From IMG/VR virus record IMGVR_UViG_3300045988_092366: 64,000 nt of DNA. The stretch is one strand, 5' to 3'. The notes beneath the pieces were generated by a model. That model ran no database searches. It saw only the letters and a program-made list of their open reading frames with translations, and was not told the origin of the DNA. The position numbers and the translations under genes are program-made. Shown piece after piece: positions 18,506 through 27,056 of this stretch. Source of the stretch: a virus. The first letter of the stretch is position 1. Each line of letters begins with the position of its first letter.

Positions 18506-18892
18506 TTAAGCGGTTCTATGCCACACATAGCAATTTTGATAAGCTGGTAAATTATTATGAGCTTTTCCGTCACCTTTTGATTCTACATATTTATCAATAA
18601 ACTTATTAGAATAATCCAAACCAGCCGCGCCAATTTGATAAGGCAAATTGGTAGCAATGTTATTACCAGCTTGCTTAGTTGATATGTGGTGAGTATGAGG
18701 TGGCATTTCACCAACGGTAAGTTTATGTGTGTCTTCCCCGCCGGTATTAGTATTTGTTGAAGCTCGTAGCACTTTATCAGTTATTTGTGTCCAAGTACCG
18801 CCAATACTGGATGCCGGTGAAGCGCTATGAAAAGAAATATATACAGAACCAACAGGGTAGACAATATCCATGAGGTTAACGTAATTAGACAT
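18506..18892 (-). CDS. Short tail-fibre tip/collar-like protein, paralog 4 (MSNYVNLMDIVYPVGSVY...HNNLPAYQNCYVWHRTA)
   Basis: Member of a four-gene tandem family. The second Met is the likely start. Confidence 0.5.
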   Translation of the reverse strand: MSNYVNLMDIVYPVGSVYISFHSASPASSIGGTWTQITDKVLRASTNTNTGGEDTHKLTVGEMPPHTHHISTKQAGNNIATNLPYQIGAAGLDYSNKFIDKYVESKGDGKAHNNLPAYQNCYVWHRTA

Positions 18893-18922
18893 ACGCAACC
18901 TCGCTTAGATTTAGATTGCTTG

Positions 18923-19378
18923 CTACGCTGTGCGATACCAAATAAAGCAAGTTGTGTAAGGTGGCAAGTTGTTGTGTGCTTGCCCCCCCCCATTAGAAGC
19001 AATAGTGTGGGTATGGTTACCAACCTCAGACGTATACTGTCCACCAAACCTACCAACAGAACCAAAATAATTACCAGCACCTTGAAGAACGTTACCTCCA
19101 CCTGGACCGTACCATGCGATAATTCGTTCATCAATACTGTGATTGTGTTTGCCAGCTTCTCCTGTAGAACCATTGTGGCTGTGAGCGGGCATTTCATTAA
19201 GGCTAAGCGTGTGCGTTGCTTCGCCGCCCGTATTCTTGGCGGTTGTAGACCCATAAAGAAAAGTGTTCAATCGTGTCCAAGTGCCACCAATAGAGCTAGC
19301 AGGAGATGTTGCATCCATGCTCTGATAGATTGAACCTACTGGATATATAATATCCATGAGGTTTACAAAATTACTCAT
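18923..19378 (-). CDS. Short tip/collar-like protein, paralog 3. Contains an in-frame G9 tract coding GGG 17 codons before the stop.
   Basis: MSNFVNLMDIIYPVGSIY...ASNGGGQAHNNLPPYTTCFIWYRTA. Confidence 0.5.
   Translation of the reverse strand: MSNFVNLMDIIYPVGSIYQSMDATSPASSIGGTWTRLNTFLYGSTTAKNTGGEATHTLSLNEMPAHSHNGSTGEAGKHNHSIDERIIAWYGPGGGNVLQGAGNYFGSVGRFGGQYTSEVGNHTHTIASNGGGQAHNNLPPYTTCFIWYRTA
18983..18991 (-). repeat. G9 homopolymer tract inside the CDS 18923..19378, about 90 nt upstream of the next paralog's start
   Basis: Counted. Encodes Gly-Gly-Gly. Confidence 0.9.
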
Positions 19379-19422
19379 TTATATCCTTTCTAATTGCATA
19401 GAAAGAATATTATAAAATCTTC

Positions 19423-19878
19423 TTAGGCTGTTCTTTTATATACTGCTAAAGAATAATGATATGGAATATGCTCTTGTTGTTCGGTAACAAAATGTCCGTT
19501 ATCATTAAGTTTCCAAGTACCTTTAGTCCACAAATTCCAACCAGTATCGCCACCATCTTTAGTACCGACTGACAATAATTGCCATAAACTACCAGCAGCA
19601 GCATTAGTATTCCAAAAACCAATACCTGAATATTGTTGCAGTTTACCATTCCAACCAACAACATTGTGCTGATGGTCTGGTATGGCTAGCGAAGAAATCA
19701 TATTGCTACCAGAAAAACGTCCAGCTACGTTATAGGTATCACCACTTGCCGCAAGCAAACAATTTTCTATTTTAGTCCAAGTTCCGCCAATACTACTCGC
19801 AGGAGAAGTACTAGAAGTACTAAAGTATATACTACCTACTGGATAAATAATATCAAGAAGATTTACAAAATTAGACAT
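19423..19878 (-). CDS. Short tip/collar-like protein, paralog 2
   Basis: MSNFVNLLDIIYPVGSIYFS... Confidence 0.5.
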   Translation of the reverse strand: MSNFVNLLDIIYPVGSIYFSTSSTSPASSIGGTWTKIENCLLAASGDTYNVAGRFSGSNMISSLAIPDHQHNVVGWNGKLQQYSGIGFWNTNAAAGSLWQLLSVGTKDGGDTGWNLWTKGTWKLNDNGHFVTEQQEHIPYHYSLAVYKRTA

Positions 19879-19931
19879 GGTAAATCACCATGCTTAGAAC
19901 AGCCATTGAAGAAGAAGCTACATTATTGTAG

Positions 19932-19941
19932 CCCCCCCCCC
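19932..19941 (-). repeat. G10 tract, 54 nt upstream of the start, inside mini-ORF MKNLMTNHGRWGGGYNNVASSSMAVLSMVIYHV whose stop overlaps the main ATG
   Basis: Counted. Confidence 0.9.
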
Positions 19942-20007
19942 AACGACCGTGATTAGTCATTAAGTTTTTCATAATATCCTTTCATTTAGGATATTAGATT
20001 TTAGATT

Positions 20008-20388
20008 TTAAGCAGTTCGTACCCAGACTCTACAAGCATATGAATAAGGATAATAATCAAGTCCTCTTCCCTCGGTACTAGTATATTTGGTAACGAATAT
20101 GCTACTGTCGTCAAGTCCACCGCCACCCCATTGGTACGGCCAATCATTATTAACGCCATTACCAGCATGTTTATTTGTGGCAGAATGTTTATGTGCTGGC
20201 ATTTGGTCAACTGTAATATGTTTGCTGCCCGTATAACCAGAAGTACTAGTATATGCGGCCAAGCAAGCGCCATCTTTAATCTGTGTCCAAGTGCCACCGA
20301 TAGACGTTGCAGGTGAAACAGTGCTAGTAGTAATATACATACTATTTATAGGATAAATAATATCTAAAAGATTTACAAAATTGCTCAT
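20008..20388 (-). CDS. Short tip/collar-like protein, paralog 1 (strong RBS AAGGAGG)
   Basis: MSNFVNLLDIIYPINSMY... Confidence 0.5.
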   Translation of the reverse strand: MSNFVNLLDIIYPINSMYITTSTVSPATSIGGTWTQIKDGACLAAYTSTSGYTGSKHITVDQMPAHKHSATNKHAGNGVNNDWPYQWGGGGLDDSSIFVTKYTSTEGRGLDYYPYSYACRVWVRTA

Positions 20389-20466
20389 TATTCAACCTCC
20401 TTATTTGGGAGGTCATCTAAAATCATAATATCAAATTGATTTATAGATTTTAAGCTACCGCAGTAG

Positions 20467-20475
20467 CCCCCCCCC
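20467..20475 (-). repeat. G9 tract followed by hairpin gctac-tgcg-gtagc, inside TTG mini-ORF (M)TSLGGGLLR
   Basis: Counted. The same G9+hairpin unit recurs at 21188. Confidence 0.9.
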
Positions 20476-20531
20476 TAGAGAGGTCAATTCATTAAATTTA
20501 TTCACATAAAACTCCTTTTCTTTCTTAGAAT

Positions 20532-20566
20532 TATATTCTATATCTATATGAAAAAAGGGCAAAACC
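20532..20566 (-). terminator. Rho-independent terminator after 20594..21145
   Basis: gggcaaaatcctgttacgggttttgccc followed by T6 on the minus strand. Confidence 0.65.
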
Positions 20567-20593
20567 CGTAACAGGATTTTGCCCAAAGTTATA

Positions 20594-21145
20594 TTAGATT
20601 TTAATCCACAATTTACATCTTGAATCCGTTGGTTGCGCAGATTGTACCATAACGCAATATTCATTATCAGCACTGCCAGCTTTTGTCGCATAGCTCGCCG
20701 AGCTTGCACTGCCAGCACTGGCCGCATATTTCACACTCTTGGATGAATCAGCCGTATTATCGACATTGCCCAATCCAACAGAAGATTTAGAAGGAGGATA
20801 AGCGTTTGTATAAAATTCCTCTACAGAGATAACAGAACCATTCGAGTAAGTCACTCTATAAGCCTTGCCCGGGCCAGTCATAGGAAATAACAATAAATTA
20901 CCATATTTATAATTATCTTCACCAACACCAGTCCTATGCGGCACATATAAATAATTATACCAAGAGCCACCAGTAAAGCTCAATCTTTTCTCTTTTGACT
21001 GATTGAACATACATGACCCTAGCGATGGAGGTCTATTCACTAATTTTACAATTAAATCATCTATTGTGTCCGCATTATTTTCTTGCGCTGTCATAGCTGG
21101 GATTACAGTAAAATTCTTCCCATTTGAAAAATAAAATTCGCTCAC
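20594..21145 (-). CDS. Tail fibre paralog (183 aa), GTG start, N-terminus MSEFYFSNGKNFTVIP, C-terminus ...QPTDSRCKLWIKI
   Basis: Conserved end modules. Confidence 0.5.
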   Translation of the reverse strand: MSEFYFSNGKNFTVIPAMTAQENNADTIDDLIVKLVNRPPSLGSCMFNQSKEKRLSFTGGSWYNYLYVPHRTGVGEDNYKYGNLLLFPMTGPGKAYRVTYSNGSVISVEEFYTNAYPPSKSSVGLGNVDNTADSSKSVKYAASAGSASSASYATKAGSADNEYCVMVQSAQPTDSRCKLWIKI

Positions 21146-21187
21146 TCCATATCATATAGAATGGTATCTATAGAGCTACCGCAGTAG

Positions 21188-21196
21188 CCCCCCCCC
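21188..21196 (-). repeat. G9 tract plus gctactgcggtagc hairpin, inside mini-ORF MFINLLWDGGGLLR (with an AAAGGAG RBS)
   Basis: Counted. Confidence 0.9.
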
Positions 21197-21230
21197 ATCC
21201 CATAAAAGATTAATAAACATATTTTCTCCT

Positions 21231-21746
21231 TTAAATCTTTATCCATAATTTACAAGTAGAAGATGTAGGCTGAGAAGATGATACGGTGACAATATCATTG
21301 GCCGCATACTGAGAATGCGTATGCGATGCTTGTGCAAACATATTTTTATTGATTGTTTTTAATGTATTACCATCATACGCAGCTATCCAAGTGAAGCCAG
21401 AATAGGGCAAGTCCTTAGCGCTATAAGAAACTTTTAAATCACGCCCATCGCCAGAGTCTTTGATTAAACCAGCTTCATTAGCATATTTTACTAATTTATC
21501 CGCATCGGCTGTGTTATCAACAGCATTAAGACCTAACCACTTTTTATATTCTGTCTTAGATACGTCTTTAATTTTCTTATCATTGCTTAGTCCAAGAGCA
21601 TAAGTAAAATCTGCGGCAGTAAAACTAGACCCAGACCATCCTAGCTTGATTACATTATTCGGATTATTGTAATCTCGCACGCCGTCAGCTTTAGAAGGGA
21701 CAAATTCAGAAAAATTCGTCCCATCGCTTACCATAAAATCAGCCAC
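21231..21746 (-). CDS. Tail fibre paralog (171 aa), GTG start, N-terminus MADFMVSDGTNFSEFVP, C-terminus ...QPTSSTCKLWIKI
   Basis: Conserved end modules. ASHTHS His motif. Confidence 0.5.
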   Translation of the reverse strand: MADFMVSDGTNFSEFVPSKADGVRDYNNPNNVIKLGWSGSSFTAADFTYALGLSNDKKIKDVSKTEYKKWLGLNAVDNTADADKLVKYANEAGLIKDSGDGRDLKVSYSAKDLPYSGFTWIAAYDGNTLKTINKNMFAQASHTHSQYAANDIVTVSSSQPTSSTCKLWIKI

Positions 21747-21779
21747 ACCTATCAGCTAAGCTATTTAGCGGGGCAGATG

Positions 21780-21788
21780 CCCCCCCCC
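21780..21788 (-). repeat. G9 tract inside mini-ORF MNNTFLGGGICPAK, preceded by an ATG-TAG start-stop
   Basis: Counted. Confidence 0.9.
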
Positions 21789-21815
21789 AGAAATGTGTTA
21801 TTCATATCTACATCC

Positions 21816-23375
21816 TTAAATTTGTACCCAAATTTTAACATGTTCTTCTGTTGGCTTACTCATACCAACATAGACAGTGCCAACATCATCCGCAAGTTTG
21901 CCATTGGTCACAGCTTTGCTTGCAATTTTGCCTGATGAAACAGCTCCATCAGCAATCTTAGCCGAAGTTACTTTGCCATTACCAATAGTCGTAGCCATTG
22001 TAATAGGGCTTGCCGTATTAAAACTTGTAGCAGATGTTGTAATATCTCCGCTCAGCGCAACAGTATTATTAAACTTGTTCGCAGATTGAGCATTCGTAGC
22101 GCTAGTAGCGTTACCTTCTACATTGCCAGTAAGAGTACCAACAATCTTATTAGCATAAACATAATTCCACTTTGCACTAGAGGAACCAAGAGAATAAGAG
22201 TTTGTAGCGCTAGGAACGATATTCTGACCAGTTAGAGAACCTGTCAGCGTGCCGCCAGATAGCTTTAAATAACTCGCATTGTGATTGTGGTTAGCGGTTG
22301 CAGCGCCGATATTAGCACAAGTAAGATTGACATTGCCTGTACGATAATTGCTTTCCGCATTACCCTTAACGCCAGTGACCTCGCCAGCAATTTGCCACGT
22401 ACCGTCTCCGCGAAGGAATTTATTCTGACTTCCAGCCGCAGGAGCAGGAACAAGGCCAGAGTGACCAGCTGCATTGGCAGTGGCAGCTTTCATGACTTCT
22501 GGTTTAGTTGTATCTATATCAAACGAAACATCAGCAGAACCATTGAAACTAAATGTCTGTTTACGCGAAGCTGATGCAGTCCCATATGTCACTCCAACAC
22601 TTAAATTATGACCAACTTTACCAGCAGTGGTCGCATTAGTAGCGTTATCGGCATTTGTCGCATGACTTGCGTTAAGCGCTGTACCAGCTTTGTACTCTTG
22701 GTATCCAGCATAAGAATTTAGCTTACTATCATCAACGACAATATACATAACGTTAGTGTCGTTTTGAATAACGCTATCGCCAGTCTGCACTTGCTTATTT
22801 GTTAACTGAAAGCGTGCAGCCTTATTTGCAACATGAACTAATCGTTCTAACGCACCTTGCGGAATAGTGCTTAGAGGTAACACTCCAGTGACACTTGCCG
22901 CATCAATTGATGGAATTGTAATTGAAATATTCCCAGAACCATCAAAATTAGCGCTGCCCGTGCCACCGTTGTTGCCGCCTTTAACGCTGATTGAGCGTGC
23001 GGTCTTTAGCTTCGTAGCTGTATCGGCATTACCAGTGACATTACCAGTTAGGTTTCCAGTGAATCCGCCATTACCAGTAACCTTGCCAGCGAATGTAGTA
23101 GGAGACTTAACTGATTGCGCGTTAGCAGTTGTCTTGTCTAGCTTATTGTTCGCATTGTCATTAACGGCCTTAACTGCTTTTGGCGTAGCGGCAACAACAC
23201 CTGTGGCCGCACTATCGGTCGCATTTGTCGCGTCTGAAAGCCAGACTTCACCACGCTTATTGTCGGTAGCATCTGGCGCAACGTAAATCGGCCTATATGT
23301 TTTAAGCGTAGGGTCATATACCTTAGCAACAAAATTATTTTTCATCGTAGAATCATTTGGATTACCTTTAGCCAT
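21816..23375 (-). CDS. Tail fibre (519 aa), Gly/Asn/Thr-rich beta-strand repeats, C-terminus ...EEHVKIWVQI
   Basis: The C-terminus is a degenerate version of CKLWIKI. Confidence 0.5.
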   Translation of the reverse strand: MAKGNPNDSTMKNNFVAKVYDPTLKTYRPIYVAPDATDNKRGEVWLSDATNATDSAATGVVAATPKAVKAVNDNANNKLDKTTANAQSVKSPTTFAGKVTGNGGFTGNLTGNVTGNADTATKLKTARSISVKGGNNGGTGSANFDGSGNISITIPSIDAASVTGVLPLSTIPQGALERLVHVANKAARFQLTNKQVQTGDSVIQNDTNVMYIVVDDSKLNSYAGYQEYKAGTALNASHATNADNATNATTAGKVGHNLSVGVTYGTASASRKQTFSFNGSADVSFDIDTTKPEVMKAATANAAGHSGLVPAPAAGSQNKFLRGDGTWQIAGEVTGVKGNAESNYRTGNVNLTCANIGAATANHNHNASYLKLSGGTLTGSLTGQNIVPSATNSYSLGSSSAKWNYVYANKIVGTLTGNVEGNATSATNAQSANKFNNTVALSGDITTSATSFNTASPITMATTIGNGKVTSAKIADGAVSSGKIASKAVTNGKLADDVGTVYVGMSKPTEEHVKIWVQI

Positions 23376-23386
23376 TTACTACCTCC

Positions 23387-23740
23387 TTATTCTTCCTCGT
23401 CTTTATAGATAACGTCTACAATTGTCTCTGGCGGCATACTCTTTTCAAAAGTGAATTTTAGCTTTGAGCCAAAATTACCGTCAAGCTCAAGTATACCTGT
23501 TTCATTTACCTTATATGAAAATTCACTCTCACCTGTAGTGATTGTAACATCATAATCAGGAATTTGCGGAAAAAGGATAATATCCTCTTTCCCTTCATTT
23601 AAAGCACGATATTCAGAATAAGCAATCGGTTGACGCTTTGGAATCTGAATGCCAATATGTACATAAGAGTTGCCCGCGCCAGCCTTAAATGTATGGCTAG
23701 ATTTTGTTGAGAACGGGCCTTTAATTTGTTCAAGTTTCAT
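23387..23740 (-). CDS. Small baseplate-associated protein (117 aa)
   Basis: ORF, coupled to neighbours. Confidence 0.3.
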   Translation of the reverse strand: MKLEQIKGPFSTKSSHTFKAGAGNSYVHIGIQIPKRQPIAYSEYRALNEGKEDIILFPQIPDYDVTITTGESEFSYKVNETGILELDGNFGSKLKFTFEKSMPPETIVDVIYKDEEE

Positions 23741-23742
23741 AT

Positions 23743-26037
23743 CTACGCTCCAAACTTATAGGTACTAGACCAATAGGAAGGAATCGCGCTGTCTGAAACT
23801 GTCACAGAGTTCTGTAAGAAAGCAAGACCATCAGAAGTTAAAGTTTTAAGACTTTCGTAAGTAGCTGCACTTTCATCCATTAGTTTAACATCGCGCATAC
23901 CAGTATCAGCAATCTTGCCAAGATAATACCACGTACTTAAATTATAATCAAACGCATAGAACTCTTTATCGCTCTTGGCTTCATTGTATGGCTGATACGT
24001 AATAATTTTGCCAAGATTAGATTGACCACCAGGCTGGTTTTGCGCACCAGTAAGGCCAAAAGGAAATTCACGATTTAGATATTCAATAATATTGGCATCT
24101 GTAAAACCTGCTGCATTTAGCTGAGTCTTTGTGACATTAAAGCCAATTAAAATACCAGCTTGGTCTTTAATAGTGCCGAGGTCTTTCCAATAGACATTTG
24201 AGCCATAATTAGGAATAGATGCGTCGTACTTCATCGCATCATTGTTTGAAATCCAACCATCGGTCGCATTTTTAACACGATGTGATGGGTCGCTGTAAAG
24301 AACGAATAGATGCCAGTCAGATGGACGAACAACAAGACGTTCAATTGAGTTGATTGGGTCACTGATTTTTACAGGGTTTGGACTACTATTGTATTTAACA
24401 TAAATGCTCTTATCATCACTAATACCAGTACCCATGTAGATAGATTTAACGGTTGTTATTTTATAATTCTCGCCACCGTTTTCAGTCTTTAAATTAATTG
24501 TCTCACCAGTATTAAAGATAAGAGTTGTTTCACCAATATCGTTAACACGCGCGGCCGTTAGAAGTTTCAGCTTGGCTGGACTAATTTTATCACCAGTAGT
24601 TGTATTGATTGTAATCTGACCATTTGCTTGATTAATTGTAATATCTTTGACCCAAGTTAAGCGTTTATCAACAGACGCAGTACCATCATTGAAAGAGCAT
24701 ACAAAATGACCAGTATTTTCATCTAACGTAACTGAACTAATCCAACGAATATGACCGACCTTATTCCTACCATCGTTTGACAGTTTGCCGCCATCTGTGC
24801 CCGCAAATGTTCCGATAACATCGCCGTTATCTTGAATCTCAAGGCCTTTGACCCACGTAAGATTTGTTTCATATGCAGGAGAGTCATTGTTGAAATCCAT
24901 CTTAAAATGTCCACCTGCGGCACCGTTTCCAGTAGACAGAGCAACGCCTGTCACCCATTTAATTTTCTTATAAAAGATGCTATCGTTGTTGTGAGTATAA
25001 GATACTGTTAGAGTACCTTTATCATCAAGCGTAATATTCTTAATAATATTAAAATCACCGAGATAAATTAAAATTGGGTCTGGATTGATTCGCTTATCAT
25101 AGATATATAGTTCATATACTACGATTTGGCGATGTTTGGCAATATCATCTTCCATATTAGGATAGCCAGATTGACCAACAGTAGCAAGACCAGTAGTAGG
25201 ATTGACTGTAATGTGCTCAGTAGAATATACTTTGTTGCGTAGTGCTTCTGTCATTTCAATAACTTTAAGGTTACGAAGCGTATCACCCTTTAAGCCTTTT
25301 GGAATACCCATGTCCCAGTATTCCCAGAATGGATGGGTCTTATCATCAATACGTGCAATGGAAGCCATAGCATTTTCTTGTTTAATATTACCAGCTGTAT
25401 CATACTGGGAAACTGCATGAGCTTTATAATCAATTACAGTATAAGGGAACTTCATTCCTACATAAAACCAAGAGTCCGCATCTTCATCATCCTTGCGGAT
25501 ATTGACCCATGTATATTCAATATCGTCATTAAATGAATTGCCACTTTTACCCGGAACTAACGTGCGGTTTTTGATATTGAATTTAAAATCTTTTTTAAGC
25601 GTACCGCCACCATCATGCCAGTTGCCATTATCATCTTGTTTCCAGTTAGTGATAACAGTACCATCGGCATTTTGACCAACTGGATACCTACGATAAGTAT
25701 TTTCTTCAAGTACCTTTGTTGACATATGTGTTACATTGTCAATAGTATCTACTTGAAAAAAAGGCGTGCCGCTAGACGGGCCAACGATTTGTCCTACGTA
25801 AATACTGCCAGCAGTCTGTGTATTCTGGTAATCTAGCCCGCGTCTAAAAACCTTTCCGTTATCTGGATGATTTTTATTCTTTGTAGAAATCAGACAGTAT
25901 TCTCCATACCAGACTTCTGTGAAATTACTACCACGCGAAAACATCTGTCGCATTTCATTTACAGAAGTGAAAGAAGCCTTAATTACAAAGCTAGTTCCTT
26001 CATGTCCACCATAAAGTGAATCCATTGGTCTATTCAC
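23743..26037 (-). CDS. Large baseplate/structural protein (764 aa)
   Basis: Position in the tail module. Start overlaps the upstream stop. Confidence 0.4.
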   Translation of the reverse strand: MNRPMDSLYGGHEGTSFVIKASFTSVNEMRQMFSRGSNFTEVWYGEYCLISTKNKNHPDNGKVFRRGLDYQNTQTAGSIYVGQIVGPSSGTPFFQVDTIDNVTHMSTKVLEENTYRRYPVGQNADGTVITNWKQDDNGNWHDGGGTLKKDFKFNIKNRTLVPGKSGNSFNDDIEYTWVNIRKDDEDADSWFYVGMKFPYTVIDYKAHAVSQYDTAGNIKQENAMASIARIDDKTHPFWEYWDMGIPKGLKGDTLRNLKVIEMTEALRNKVYSTEHITVNPTTGLATVGQSGYPNMEDDIAKHRQIVVYELYIYDKRINPDPILIYLGDFNIIKNITLDDKGTLTVSYTHNNDSIFYKKIKWVTGVALSTGNGAAGGHFKMDFNNDSPAYETNLTWVKGLEIQDNGDVIGTFAGTDGGKLSNDGRNKVGHIRWISSVTLDENTGHFVCSFNDGTASVDKRLTWVKDITINQANGQITINTTTGDKISPAKLKLLTAARVNDIGETTLIFNTGETINLKTENGGENYKITTVKSIYMGTGISDDKSIYVKYNSSPNPVKISDPINSIERLVVRPSDWHLFVLYSDPSHRVKNATDGWISNNDAMKYDASIPNYGSNVYWKDLGTIKDQAGILIGFNVTKTQLNAAGFTDANIIEYLNREFPFGLTGAQNQPGGQSNLGKIITYQPYNEAKSDKEFYAFDYNLSTWYYLGKIADTGMRDVKLMDESAATYESLKTLTSDGLAFLQNSVTVSDSAIPSYWSSTYKFGA

Positions 26038-26974
26038 CGTCCTCTTCTACGTCTTTTTGTGTAAATTCATAGTCAATAGTAAATGAATCAGTATAATCAC
26101 GAGCCACAATGCCAATAGAAGAAACAGGCACTTCTGATAGTTCATAGAATCCGCTCGGACCAATCCTAATCTCTTCACCATTAATAGCCATCATCAAACC
26201 AGAATGACCCCAAATACCAATTCTATCAAGCGTAGCATTATTGTTCATACTTTCCACTAGATTACTTAATTGACATAGCTCACATTTAATTTTATCTAAA
26301 TCTACAATGCGACCATAAGTCGTACCATTTGCTGTCGTATGTTGAATATTGTAGTCTTCTGCTTGTCTTGTCATTGACAGCACAACAGAAATGAATCCAT
26401 CTTCTATTGGCCTGAAAATCATTTCAAACAGACCATAACGTTCACCAACATCTGTTTTCCAAGATGCTGCCATAGCTACAATATTGCGTTTATCTGTCTG
26501 TGTATACGTATTGCCACCAGTGCCCAGATAATATTTTTTATTCTGTTCTCGATAATATAAAGCATCTTTAATAGTAGTTTTACCATATTCATATTTAAGC
26601 GGTATCATAGCATTAATGCTACCATTACTTTTCTCATATAATGCAACGTTATAAACGTTACTCCCGTCTCCACCTGCGTTAACGTTAACGGTCTTAATAT
26701 ACTGATACGAGCCTTGGTCTGTATCTGAATTTTTTGTTAATTTAATAGTAAATTCCATAGCATAATTCATGTCTTGCGGAATTTGAACTTTTAAATAATA
26801 ATCTTGACCTTTAACAAATTGCTTGTCGGGAATGATAGCAACGTCTTTGAAACCTGTATTTTGTTCATCTAATCCAGTAATATCAGCATTAGAGTCAACA
26901 TAAGATTTTTTGAAAGATAGTTCAGTAAGACCTTCTCCCGCATACCTATATTGACCGATATTTGTGGTTGCCAA
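26030..26974 (-). CDS. Baseplate protein (about 314 aa). The TTG start is re-assigned: the track's start at 27028 lies inside a terminator hairpin.
   Basis: AAAGGAGGG RBS before TTG GCA ACC (..ATTNIGQY). Confidence 0.35.
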   Translation of the reverse strand: MATTNIGQYRYAGEGLTELSFKKSYVDSNADITGLDEQNTGFKDVAIIPDKQFVKGQDYYLKVQIPQDMNYAMEFTIKLTKNSDTDQGSYQYIKTVNVNAGGDGSNVYNVALYEKSNGSINAMIPLKYEYGKTTIKDALYYREQNKKYYLGTGGNTYTQTDKRNIVAMAASWKTDVGERYGLFEMIFRPIEDGFISVVLSMTRQAEDYNIQHTTANGTTYGRIVDLDKIKCELCQLSNLVESMNNNATLDRIGIWGHSGLMMAINGEEIRIGPSGFYELSEVPVSSIGIVARDYTDSFTIDYEFTQKDVEEDGE

Positions 26975-27011
26975 TTTCCCTCCTTTTATTTCCAAAATAT
27001 ACCTAATATAA

Positions 27012-27056
27012 AATAAAAAATAGGGCAAACCAATTATACGGTTTTGCCCTATTTTT
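27012..27056 (-). terminator. Rho-independent terminator after 27055..29340
   Basis: agggcaaaccaattatacggttttgccct followed by a T-run. Confidence 0.6.

Noticed and set aside
7893-21788. G-quadruplex or i-motif formation by the poly-G/C tracts.
   Set aside because: Each site has a single uninterrupted run, not four spaced runs. An intramolecular G4 is not supported.
7850-21800. G-tracts acting as programmed frameshift sites that fuse the leader ORF or the upstream gene to the downstream fibre gene.
   Set aside because: I tested this by hand. With plus or minus 1 G, the alternative frames hit stops before reaching the main ORF (for example TAA immediately before the TTG at 9133). The upstream genes' stops precede the tracts, so no fusion protein is produced.
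6745-23375. Diversity-generating retroelement or invertible shufflon explanation for the variable fibre cassettes.
   Set aside because: There is no reverse transcriptase, no template-repeat/variable-repeat pair and no invertase or recombinase gene. The conserved modules are in direct, not inverted, orientation.
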